Source of the DNA: a virus
Taxonomy: Duplodnaviria > Caudoviricetes
Length of the DNA: 64,000 nucleotides
Virus record (IMG/VR): IMGVR_UViG_3300010163_000001
Location: 32,001-96,000 of that record
Direction: 5' to 3' (one strand)
Shown here in pieces: positions 1 to 7,956 of the stretch. Positions within the stretch are counted from its first letter, which is position 1. The number at the start of each line of letters is the position of its first letter. Both the position numbers and the translations under genes were made by a program. The notes under the pieces were generated by a model. The model had not been told where the DNA came from. It saw only the letters and a program-made list of their open reading frames with translations, and did not search any database.

Positions 1-336
1 CCAAAATGTAAAAAATACATGAATGTTTTGATCTGTAGAAATCCCTGCATCAATTATGGCAGTTTCCTTATGATGCGAGTAGTGCACATTAAGAATGATA
101 TCAAGGATAAAACACTTACAATTCCGAGCAATATCTTAGTTGCTACCAATGCAGACTTCGACGGGGATTTGTTTAATATATTCAGAGTTATTGGAGAATA
201 TTTTAATAAAGAATTCTCCAAATGTCTAAATCCAAGATACAATTTGTATATCAGTAGAATTAACGGAAAAGTTAACATGGAAGCAGTTCCATTGAAAGAT
301 GAAGCTGCTGCTTTCTACCAATTTAACAATTTATAA
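1..336 (+). CDS. rpoC: Phage multisubunit RNA polymerase beta' N-terminal subunit, 3' end (gene starts before the window)
   Basis: Frame open from base 1; RNP motif and catalytic NADFDGD; protein ends shortly after, as in split jumbo-phage beta'. Confidence 0.9.
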   Translation, partial: PKCKKYMNVLICRNPCINYGSFLMMRVVHIKNDIKDKTLTIPSNILVATNADFDGDLFNIFRVIGEYFNKEFSKCLNPRYNLYISRINGKVNMEAVPLKDEAAAFYQFNNL

Positions 337-341
337 AAACG

Positions 342-378
342 ATAAGATAGACAGATGCGAAATCATCTGTCTATCTTA
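342..378. terminator. Bidirectional intrinsic terminator
   Basis: ataagatagacagatg / catctgtctatcttat inverted repeat between convergent genes. Confidence 0.8.
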
Positions 379-396
379 TATAGCTATATACTGGTA

Positions 397-951
397 TTAC
401 ATACTTCCGGCTGCATATCCAGCAGCAAAACCTTGAGCATTTGCTGCTGCTTTTTCATCGTCTGCAATAAATTTATCAACCAAAGATTTTATTTCGGAAT
501 AATTAATCGTTTTACCTATATTTTCGATATATAGAGTTCCATCAACAACAAGTTCATTTCTTCTCTCACATACTAAGTCGATTGACTTCCACTGATATTT
601 CATATCTTTTACTCGATCACCTTTTTTTGACCATGGCATTCCCGTTTTATCAAAGTATTTATAGTTGATTGCACGTTTAATATATCTTCCACTATTAAGC
701 AAGTATCTTATACTATTTAATATAGTCATTACAGGGAATATCTTACCAGTAAATCTAGAAACATCTACATTACATGGAATCGTTTCACCGTTCAAATCCA
801 ATTCACATGTAAATTTAGTTTCTCCCTCCTTCAGCTTCTGTTTCACTTGTGCAAGAGTTTTCTTGTGAAATACATTGTCAAATACTCCTTCTTCTGCAAT
901 CATCATATCATCGCAGTAGTTAATAAATGATTCTAATGTGTAATTATCCAT
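397..951 (-). CDS. Putative head-packaged protein with FxxYCD...EG propeptide
   Basis: N-term MDNYTLESFINYCDDMMIAEEG; AGGAGG RBS; AAC-N7-TAA at 973-985. Confidence 0.65.
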   Translation of the reverse strand: MDNYTLESFINYCDDMMIAEEGVFDNVFHKKTLAQVKQKLKEGETKFTCELDLNGETIPCNVDVSRFTGKIFPVMTILNSIRYLLNSGRYIKRAINYKYFDKTGMPWSKKGDRVKDMKYQWKSIDLVCERRNELVVDGTLYIENIGKTINYSEIKSLVDKFIADDEKAAANAQGFAAGYAAGSM

Positions 952-972
952 AATTTTATAATCCTCCTTTTA

Positions 973-985
973 TTATAGAAAAGTT
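973..985 (-). promoter_or_regulatory. AAC-N7-TAA putative nvRNAP (middle/late) promoter
   Basis: AACTTTTCTATAA just upstream of the RBS; motif recurs more than 10 times. Confidence 0.65.
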
Positions 986-1071
986 GAAAAAAAAATGATT
1001 CATGCTTTTAAATATAACCGAGATAGAAAGTATCTTCCATCCCGGTTATGTATCCTATTTTTTTTAATTTT

Positions 1072-1269
1072 TTAAAGCATTTTTTGTAATTCTCTCTTAT
1101 CTTTCATTAAAGAATAAAATCTTTCAAAATAACGAGCATCTCGTGGTTTGCTTCTATATTCTGATTGTAATAAGCGAATTTCAAGCTCCACGTTTTTTAA
1201 ACTTCTACTAATTTCATCAGTTGTGCTATCAATATCTCTAATACGACTTACAATTTCTTTTCTAGTCAT
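1072..1269 (-). CDS. Small coiled-coil hypothetical protein
   Basis: ORF with AGGAGG RBS. Confidence 0.7.
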   Translation of the reverse strand: MTRKEIVSRIRDIDSTTDEISRSLKNVELEIRLLQSEYRSKPRDARYFERFYSLMKDKRELQKML

Positions 1270-1334
1270 ACTTATTCCTCCTTTCCTTTATTATATTAAA
1301 ACAATACACGAATCAAATTTATTAATTTACGCTT

Positions 1335-1343
1335 ATATATTAT
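1335..1343 (+). promoter_or_regulatory. ATATATTAT putative early (virion RNAP) promoter
   Basis: Recurring motif upstream of small-gene operons. Confidence 0.55.
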
Positions 1344-1427
1344 TTTTTTGAAAGGAGAGAAACGAAGAATATAAAATATCAAAATAATCAGTACCTAATT
1401 ATAGAAGAAAATAAGGAGGATTTCTAA

Positions 1428-1628
1428 ATGAAAATGAAAAAAGTAGAGTGTATAAGTCAGAGATCTGTATCGTCACTGAATACCATCGAGATTGGAAAAA
1501 CATATTATCTTGATATTACATCAATTGATGGAGATTCCGATGGTGACTGGTATGGAGATATATATGAAGACAATAAAAAGAATAACTATATTAGTCATCT
1601 CAAGTTAAGTCACTTTAAATCATGTTAA
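1428..1628 (+). CDS. Hypothetical protein
   Basis: ORF with AGGAGG RBS. Confidence 0.7.
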   Translation: MKMKKVECISQRSVSSLNTIEIGKTYYLDITSIDGDSDGDWYGDIYEDNKKNNYISHLKLSHFKSC

Positions 1629-1659
1629 TATTTTTAAATAAAAAGAGGAGGAATAATAA

Positions 1660-1965
1660 ATGAGATATTTAGTATATGATAAAATCCATATTGAAAATGT
1701 AATGATCTATTGTAATAAGGATGGAAAGGAAACGGCAGAGGATATTGCCAAAGCAATTACTACCCATTTCTTTGTAGGAAAATTTAACGCAAGAGAACAT
1801 ACTTCCGTTACTTATCCAATAAATAATGATGAAAATATGTTTATTTTAAGAGATACAAACGGTTACAACAATATTTGGCAAATATGTGGGAAAGTATCCG
1901 ATTATACAGATGCGATTATTCCGCACTTGTATAGAGTTAGAAAAATCGGAACTATGTTTGAATAA
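1660..1965 (+). CDS. Hypothetical protein
   Basis: ORF with GAGGAGG RBS. Confidence 0.7.
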   Translation: MRYLVYDKIHIENVMIYCNKDGKETAEDIAKAITTHFFVGKFNAREHTSVTYPINNDENMFILRDTNGYNNIWQICGKVSDYTDAIIPHLYRVRKIGTMFE

Positions 1966-1987
1966 AAAAGAAAGCAGGTGATTTCTA

Positions 1988-2455
1988 ATGGCAAAAGTAT
2001 TAATAAGTGGAAATATGGGAATAAAAGAATTTAAGTTACCTTTTAAGCATCATTTCGATGAACCAAATCAAAACGGAGTTTTGTTTGATAGGGATTCATT
2101 TCTTAAGGCATATCAAGAGCGCATAACATCATTACAAAGTATGTACAATGGAATACCGGTAACGACAGGCTATTTACCAACAGACGGATTTCATATAAGA
2201 GAATTTGCACTTATTAATCCAGTTTATATCGTTGGATTTTTGACAGATTTTGATATTGATTTAACAGAATGTACCATTAGGGTTGATACTGAGCGAAATT
2301 TATATGCAAGAAGATTGGAAATGTTACTGGAGAGTGGTGCGGGTTTTTTAAATATAGTAGGGAGATATCTGGGAGAGTCAGAAATGGGTCCTGAGAAAGA
2401 AAAGATTTTCTATATAAAAAAATTAATCTGCTTTGAGTGTAGAGATTTAAATTAA
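1988..2455 (+). CDS. Hypothetical protein (weak resemblance to prohead protease N-terminus)
   Basis: ORF with AGGTGA RBS; PNQNGVLF segment. Confidence 0.6.
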   Translation: MAKVLISGNMGIKEFKLPFKHHFDEPNQNGVLFDRDSFLKAYQERITSLQSMYNGIPVTTGYLPTDGFHIREFALINPVYIVGFLTDFDIDLTECTIRVDTERNLYARRLEMLLESGAGFLNIVGRYLGESEMGPEKEKIFYIKKLICFECRDLN

Positions 2456-2509
2456 CATATGAAGTATTTAGATGGATGGATATTGGTTACATATCCATCC
2501 ATCTTATTT

Positions 2510-3775
2510 CTACTCATACGTAGAAATTATTTTTTTATAAGCATCTCGTAATTGTTTCCCTGAGATATACTTGCTGACAAGTTTATTTTCAGAATTTACC
2601 CACCAATAAGTTACACCATCTGCATTTCTTGGTATAATTTCTAAAAACTTCTTTGCTGTAAGTGCAATGTAATTTCCGGAAGTTAAATTCATTTTAGAAA
2701 TAATTTCTTCTCTTTCTTCTTTTGTTATATGTCGAGAAGGTTTCTCATTTCCAATTATACAATAACCATATTCAGATAGTGACTGTAAATCCATTTTTTC
2801 AATATATTCGAGTTCTTTATCATGTCTATCTTTCATTTTATAAGCTTTATTCGCTTTTCTATTTTCTTTCAAGTTCATGAAAAATCCCTTTTCCATAGCA
2901 GCATCCATAGCATCACAGTAATCCGCATATGCCTCTTTTGTAATACTCACATTTTGATCATTCAAATCAATATCAACTTCATTTATCTGATTGATTAATT
3001 TTACTTGTAATGCTTTGAATTGCTCTGTAAGATTTATGAGGGAAGCACAATGATTTAACAACTGATTATTTCTCTTAATATGTTGAGATAACTTACCAAA
3101 ATGTCTTTTTATAAAGTTATTATTCTCCTGATAAGTCTTTTTAACAACTTCAAGATTATACTTTAATCGTTGCATTCCCTCTAATCGAGTATCAAATTCT
3201 CTCTTTACTTCCTTTTGTAAAACATCTACAGAATAACTTTTTGGATGTTCTGTAGGTATATCTCGATGTGCTTCTTCTAAAAGAGCAGTTAATTTACTTT
3301 TTTGTCGATCCGCCTGTATCATAAAGTTCGTAAACGCTTCCAAATTATCTCTTTTTGTATTTTTCTTACTTTGAATTTTAAGAGATCCTTTTACCCCGTC
3401 TCCAACATAATTCATAGCCTTATCTTCAAAAGATAATCCTTTGTTAATCTGATGATCAATTTTGTTCAAATGATCGACTGTCATAAAGTAATCATCAATA
3501 ATTGGTCTTGCCTCTAGGATATAGTTCATATACCCAAATTCATCGACCGCAAACTTGCCTCCTCTTATTTTAGCAATTTGATTGGAAAACATTCTCCAGA
3601 TTGCCTTTAGAGACCCAATAAATTTTAGTACAAGACCTAATAGCCAATTTACGAAAACTTTTAATTGTGTTAATACTTTATTTGCAATGGCTGATCCTGG
3701 TGACACAGTATTTATATCAGGACCCATTGTTTCTTCAAAAGCTATAGAATTATCATAAAATGTAGAGATATCCAT
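2510..3775 (-). CDS. Putative internal head protein with AxE cleavage sites
   Basis: IAFE near the N-terminus followed by an amphipathic helix; internal YCDAMDAAMEKG. Confidence 0.55.
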   Translation of the reverse strand: MDISTFYDNSIAFEETMGPDINTVSPGSAIANKVLTQLKVFVNWLLGLVLKFIGSLKAIWRMFSNQIAKIRGGKFAVDEFGYMNYILEARPIIDDYFMTVDHLNKIDHQINKGLSFEDKAMNYVGDGVKGSLKIQSKKNTKRDNLEAFTNFMIQADRQKSKLTALLEEAHRDIPTEHPKSYSVDVLQKEVKREFDTRLEGMQRLKYNLEVVKKTYQENNNFIKRHFGKLSQHIKRNNQLLNHCASLINLTEQFKALQVKLINQINEVDIDLNDQNVSITKEAYADYCDAMDAAMEKGFFMNLKENRKANKAYKMKDRHDKELEYIEKMDLQSLSEYGYCIIGNEKPSRHITKEEREEIISKMNLTSGNYIALTAKKFLEIIPRNADGVTYWWVNSENKLVSKYISGKQLRDAYKKIISTYE

Positions 3776-3790
3776 TTTATTATCCCTCCT

Positions 3791-5005
3791 TTATATTAAT
3801 AAATTATTGATATCTACTTCATCAAAATTAACTTTAGCAACATGAAAATTCTTCATAGATGCATTTAGAAAAGTATTTGATACCCTTCCAGCAGTTAATC
3901 CAGAATTTTTAATACCCATAATATAGAATCGATCTCCTGCACATTTATTACATATCTTATCATATTTGCAAAACATGGGGGATCGTATTTTCACCTTCTT
4001 ATTAATATATTTATCTCTGTTATCTGGAGATAGCATTTCAGTTGTCCCATTCTGTTTAATTATATACTGGAAGTAATAATCTGATATATTGTCTTCCGTT
4101 AAAAAGATAGTAAGACCTTTTTTTGATCCACAATCAGACCCTTTTTCATCATTCTGAATTGCTTGGTATGCAGCATAATATTGCTTTGTTTGATATCCCG
4201 ATACTTGCGTTCCGATTGCTTTCGGATGAGCCGCATTAACCACCATATTTCCTGCAGCTACAAGGTCTTCTTTTTTAAGACCCTCAATATAATTCGAAGT
4301 TACCATATCAAACTCTCCGTCAGTCCCTGGTTTTGCAATTGGTCCTAACATAAGATTCATATTTTTATAGTCGTTTTCAAAAGAACCTCTACCACCAGAA
4401 TCAAAAAGAGTAATACCCGGGTCTTTCTTTAATAATTCATGTGATTTTGCAACTAGGGTATCTTCTATATCTGTCATATCAGTAGGTGTTTCAATTGTTC
4501 TTTCCTTAAGGAGTTTATTCTTTTCCTTTGTAATAGAAATATTTTCCTGTAGTAATCCCCTCGTGTAAGAAGGACTAAATATGGTAACTGCTTTCATTCC
4601 ATAGAATTCGTATTGTTTCAGCCATTTGATAAGAGTTGGCTCTACTGGAATCTTTTGTGTCATAAGTCCTTCTGAAAGCAAAGCAACTAATTTCTTAAAA
4701 CCTTTTTTATTAACTACTTCATTGTAAAAATGATTTGGGATTATTGGTTCTAACATCCCTTCTACCATAATTTTATTGAATAGAATGCTTCCTACTGTTG
4801 TATCGACAGCTTCAATGTTTATATATTCACCGGCTTCCAAGTGTACCGGAGATTTTGTATCAAACTTTGGGTTTTGGATTTGCCATTTTCCGTCAACCTT
4901 TTTTGCCGTTTTCCCAAATAAGTTTGACATCAACGTTATGGTTAGATCTTCTTGTTTTATAGAAAGGAGTTCCTTCTTTTCTTCCAAAGTTAAACCTTTC
5001 GCCAT
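3791..5005 (-). CDS. rpoC: RNA polymerase beta' C-terminal subunit (probably virion RNAP)
   Basis: GGRGS, SNYIEGL, TQVSGY bridge helix, DCGS, RSPMFC..ICNKC Zn site, SMKNFH trigger loop; start placed at ATG 5005 after GGAAGGTGA; AAC-N7-TAA at 5030-5042. Confidence 0.9.
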   Translation of the reverse strand: MAKGLTLEEKKELLSIKQEDLTITLMSNLFGKTAKKVDGKWQIQNPKFDTKSPVHLEAGEYINIEAVDTTVGSILFNKIMVEGMLEPIIPNHFYNEVVNKKGFKKLVALLSEGLMTQKIPVEPTLIKWLKQYEFYGMKAVTIFSPSYTRGLLQENISITKEKNKLLKERTIETPTDMTDIEDTLVAKSHELLKKDPGITLFDSGGRGSFENDYKNMNLMLGPIAKPGTDGEFDMVTSNYIEGLKKEDLVAAGNMVVNAAHPKAIGTQVSGYQTKQYYAAYQAIQNDEKGSDCGSKKGLTIFLTEDNISDYYFQYIIKQNGTTEMLSPDNRDKYINKKVKIRSPMFCKYDKICNKCAGDRFYIMGIKNSGLTAGRVSNTFLNASMKNFHVAKVNFDEVDINNLLI

Positions 5006-5091
5006 TTCATCACCTTCCAATATATGATATTATATAAGGGTTTTCAGCATAAAAAAAGAGGACACTGAAATGTCCTCCTTTATAAAACTAG

Positions 5092-5793
5092 TTATTCTTT
5101 ATCAAATGGATTTTTAGGTATTTCTAAATCAGATTCTGATTGTTCATTCGACTCTGATTTCGGAGACTCCTCTTTATTAGAATCTCCAACAACGACCTTT
5201 CCACACATTGTCGGCATTCTACATGCGCATCTAGCATGAAGATTATCCTTTATATTTGGAATAGCCTCATCGTCTAGCAACTTTATATCTAAAACTCCAG
5301 TAAGTTTCCATTTTTTTAACGTATATTTCAAATCAATTAGCCTTTGATTTTTTGAACCTCTGAACTTTAATGATGGGTCTTTTAATTCCTCTACAAAAGG
5401 TCCATCTACCAAGACGTCAATATCATTTAATAATAAAAGGATTTGCTCATCTTTTTTTTCTAAAATTTCTTCTAATGTATGACCCGTGTATAACCAAATA
5501 TTTTTTTCTGGAAATGAATATTTTGAAGTATGTGCTAAATATTCGAGATACCCAGGATGATCAAAATCTAAAGGTTCCCCTCCAAGTATTGTTAATCCTG
5601 TTATGTAGGGTTTCTCAAGTTCATGAAAAATTTCATTTGCAGTTTCAGATGTAAATGAACATCCATAATTAGGATCCCATGTTTCTTTATTAAAGCATCC
5701 TTTACAATGTAAAGTACAACCAGATACAAATAAGGATACTCTTACTCCTGGTCCATTTGCTATATCATACGTCTTTACCTGTGCATAATTCAT
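5092..5793 (-). CDS. nrdG: Anaerobic ribonucleotide reductase activase (radical SAM) with C-terminal extension
   Basis: DIANGPGVRVSLFVSGCTLHCKGCFN, GGEP, DVLVDGPF, RGSKNQR. Confidence 0.95.
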   Translation of the reverse strand: MNYAQVKTYDIANGPGVRVSLFVSGCTLHCKGCFNKETWDPNYGCSFTSETANEIFHELEKPYITGLTILGGEPLDFDHPGYLEYLAHTSKYSFPEKNIWLYTGHTLEEILEKKDEQILLLLNDIDVLVDGPFVEELKDPSLKFRGSKNQRLIDLKYTLKKWKLTGVLDIKLLDDEAIPNIKDNLHARCACRMPTMCGKVVVGDSNKEESPKSESNEQSESDLEIPKNPFDKE

Positions 5794-5853
5794 ATTAATA
5801 ACCTCCTTATCTATTTTTATTTTAAAGAAAAGTTCCTATATCAATAGAAAATG

Positions 5854-5866
5854 AACATTTATCTAA
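5854..5866 (+). promoter_or_regulatory. AAC-N7-TAA promoter (divergent partner at 5822-5834 on the minus strand)
   Basis: AACATTTATCTAA directly before AGGAGG. Confidence 0.6.
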
Positions 5867-5881
5867 AGGAGGTAAAATCAT

Positions 5882-6529
5882 ATGAATTACACTTTAGATA
5901 ATTTTCAATGTTATTGTAACGATATTTCACTTATAGACATTGGAAATGAAGGATATATCTTCTCCAAAAAAGATACTATTTACGGATTAGATAAATGGGA
6001 ATCTGGTGAATCTAATATACTCTTAATTACTGGCTTGTCTCGTTCTGGGAAATCAACACTTGCTGAAGAAATGACAAATAATAATGCCTGTGTTCATAAC
6101 TTAGAACTTGATATGATTGAAAATTGGAATTGTTTTAATGGTACTGGATATACGATTGATGATATAGATCCAATAATGAGAGAGTTCTTTACTAAATCTG
6201 ATCTCGGAAAACTAGTTTATGCGAATGGGATGAACGGATTGTCTATAGAAGGTCCCAATTTATCAAAAATTATGAACGATTCAATCAAATGGTTATTGGA
6301 ATATTGTGAAAAAGAATGCCCAAATGATAAAGTTATTATGGAAGGAGTGCAGATTTTCTATGATTTAGAAATAGATGTAGCATTAAGATACCCATTGATT
6401 ATCAAGAATACATCCATGATGAAATCATTTATGAGAAGATCGACTCGTTCATTTAAGACTTTAAGAGATTACATTAAATCAGAAAAAGATTTAAATAAAT
6501 TTAGAAAAAATATGAAGGATAGACCATAA
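5882..6529 (+). CDS. P-loop NTPase/kinase with FxxYC...EG propeptide
   Basis: Walker A GLSRSGKST, VIMEG Walker B-like; N-term MNYTLDNFQCYCND...GNEG. Confidence 0.75.
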   Translation: MNYTLDNFQCYCNDISLIDIGNEGYIFSKKDTIYGLDKWESGESNILLITGLSRSGKSTLAEEMTNNNACVHNLELDMIENWNCFNGTGYTIDDIDPIMREFFTKSDLGKLVYANGMNGLSIEGPNLSKIMNDSIKWLLEYCEKECPNDKVIMEGVQIFYDLEIDVALRYPLIIKNTSMMKSFMRRSTRSFKTLRDYIKSEKDLNKFRKNMKDRP

Positions 6530-6549
6530 AAAGTCTATCCTTCATTTTA

Positions 6550-7215
6550 TTATTCCCAGCTACCTTTAGCAGCTTTAATCATTTGCATAAATTCGAATAA
6601 TTCTCTAATGACATATGCATCATAAAGTGCATTATGTTTCTTAGTGGAAAGAGCGTCTGGAATTTCTGTCTTTTTTACAACAAGATCGCGATCTAATCCC
6701 ATTTCATTCATCATGATCAAATAATGAACAACTTGAGCTTCTCTAGACCAATCAAATACTTCTTTTTCGTTAGAATGGTCAATGGCTGCCATATCCTGAT
6801 TAATATCATGACAACATGGTGAAACATTCTCTGGAAGATCAAACGCTGTTCCGAAAATATCAACGAGTAGTACCATATCATAATGGCAAACATCACTTAC
6901 CAATGTAACTGAATCAAATTGCTTAAACCAGTCGCTAAGATATTTTTTTAACTGATCTTTTGAGCAGAGAATCGCAACATCTGCAATACTGTCATGTTCT
7001 ATAGTTTGTCGTTGATTGCCGAAACTCGTATCTAGTATATTCTTGAAATAAAGATTTTCATATACATTTTCCTTAAACCACTCATCTGTTTGTGACCTGT
7101 CAAAATCATTGCATTCCGCGTAGAATGTTCTTCCATCTGCTGATACAAGACCAATACTTACTAAGGTAGTGTCCTTATGTAGTCCTGTAAATTCTGTGTC
7201 AAAAAATACATACAT
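6550..7215 (-). CDS. DEDDh 3'-5' exonuclease (Rv2179c-like)
   Basis: FFDTEFTGL, YD, HNALYDA motifs. Confidence 0.85.
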   Translation of the reverse strand: MYVFFDTEFTGLHKDTTLVSIGLVSADGRTFYAECNDFDRSQTDEWFKENVYENLYFKNILDTSFGNQRQTIEHDSIADVAILCSKDQLKKYLSDWFKQFDSVTLVSDVCHYDMVLLVDIFGTAFDLPENVSPCCHDINQDMAAIDHSNEKEVFDWSREAQVVHYLIMMNEMGLDRDLVVKKTEIPDALSTKKHNALYDAYVIRELFEFMQMIKAAKGSWE

Positions 7216-7237
7216 CTTTCTTCATCCCTCCATATTT

Positions 7238-7861
7238 TTATTCTGTGTACTTTTTGTAAATTGTCAACTTGTTAGTCTCATTATCCACTGAAATAGTGCA
7301 TGTTTTTGCTTCTGCTCTAGTGGAAATTCCTGCGTTTATCAAAATATTGTTTATATTGATATCTGTTTTTAATGCGTCTTTCATTTGATCAATTGAGTCT
7401 AAACATTCTTGCTTAAAATTCTTAGTTTTTGCAAATTTTGTTTTTAACCCAATCCCAAGACCAGTTCCACCAACACCAATAATTGTGCCAATTGGAGCAC
7501 TAGATGAAGTAGCTATTGAAGCGGCTACTGTTCCCATAGATGCAATATTAAGCACTGCTGCTGTAGCTCCTATAATAATTATCATAGTAGGGATATACCG
7601 GCGAACTAACTTGTCTTTAAAATTAAAATTATCATTTTCAATCATTTCATAGAATTCATTTAACTTTTCCATATATTCTCTTTCTATAATGATAACTTTT
7701 CTGAGACTTTCAGTCGTTTCTATTCTATCGGTATATTCTCTACTGATTCGTTCTGCTTTTTCCCAAGTCATTTTCATTGTTTTATATGACTCTAGTGCAG
7801 GGGAATTTTCTTTTTCATTACCTTCCATAGTTAAATAATGATAAGGCGTGTAAAATCCCAT
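7238..7861 (-). CDS. Putative virion protein with ALE site and hydrophobic Gly/Ala-rich segment
   Basis: Start at ATG 7861 after AGGAGG; PALES; AAC-N7-TAA at 7896-7908. Confidence 0.55.
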   Translation of the reverse strand: MGFYTPYHYLTMEGNEKENSPALESYKTMKMTWEKAERISREYTDRIETTESLRKVIIIEREYMEKLNEFYEMIENDNFNFKDKLVRRYIPTMIIIIGATAAVLNIASMGTVAASIATSSSAPIGTIIGVGGTGLGIGLKTKFAKTKNFKQECLDSIDQMKDALKTDININNILINAGISTRAEAKTCTISVDNETNKLTIYKKYTE

Positions 7862-7956
7862 TTTATTTCCTCCTTTCCAAGAAAAGAATATATCATTATA
7901 GAATGGTTTTTGTTTTTGTAGAAACCTTAATATAAACAAGATTAACTGAAAGGTCG

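Noticed and set aside
1988-2455. Prohead protease
   Set aside because: Only the PNQNG segment resembles it; catalytic His/Ser motifs are not evident
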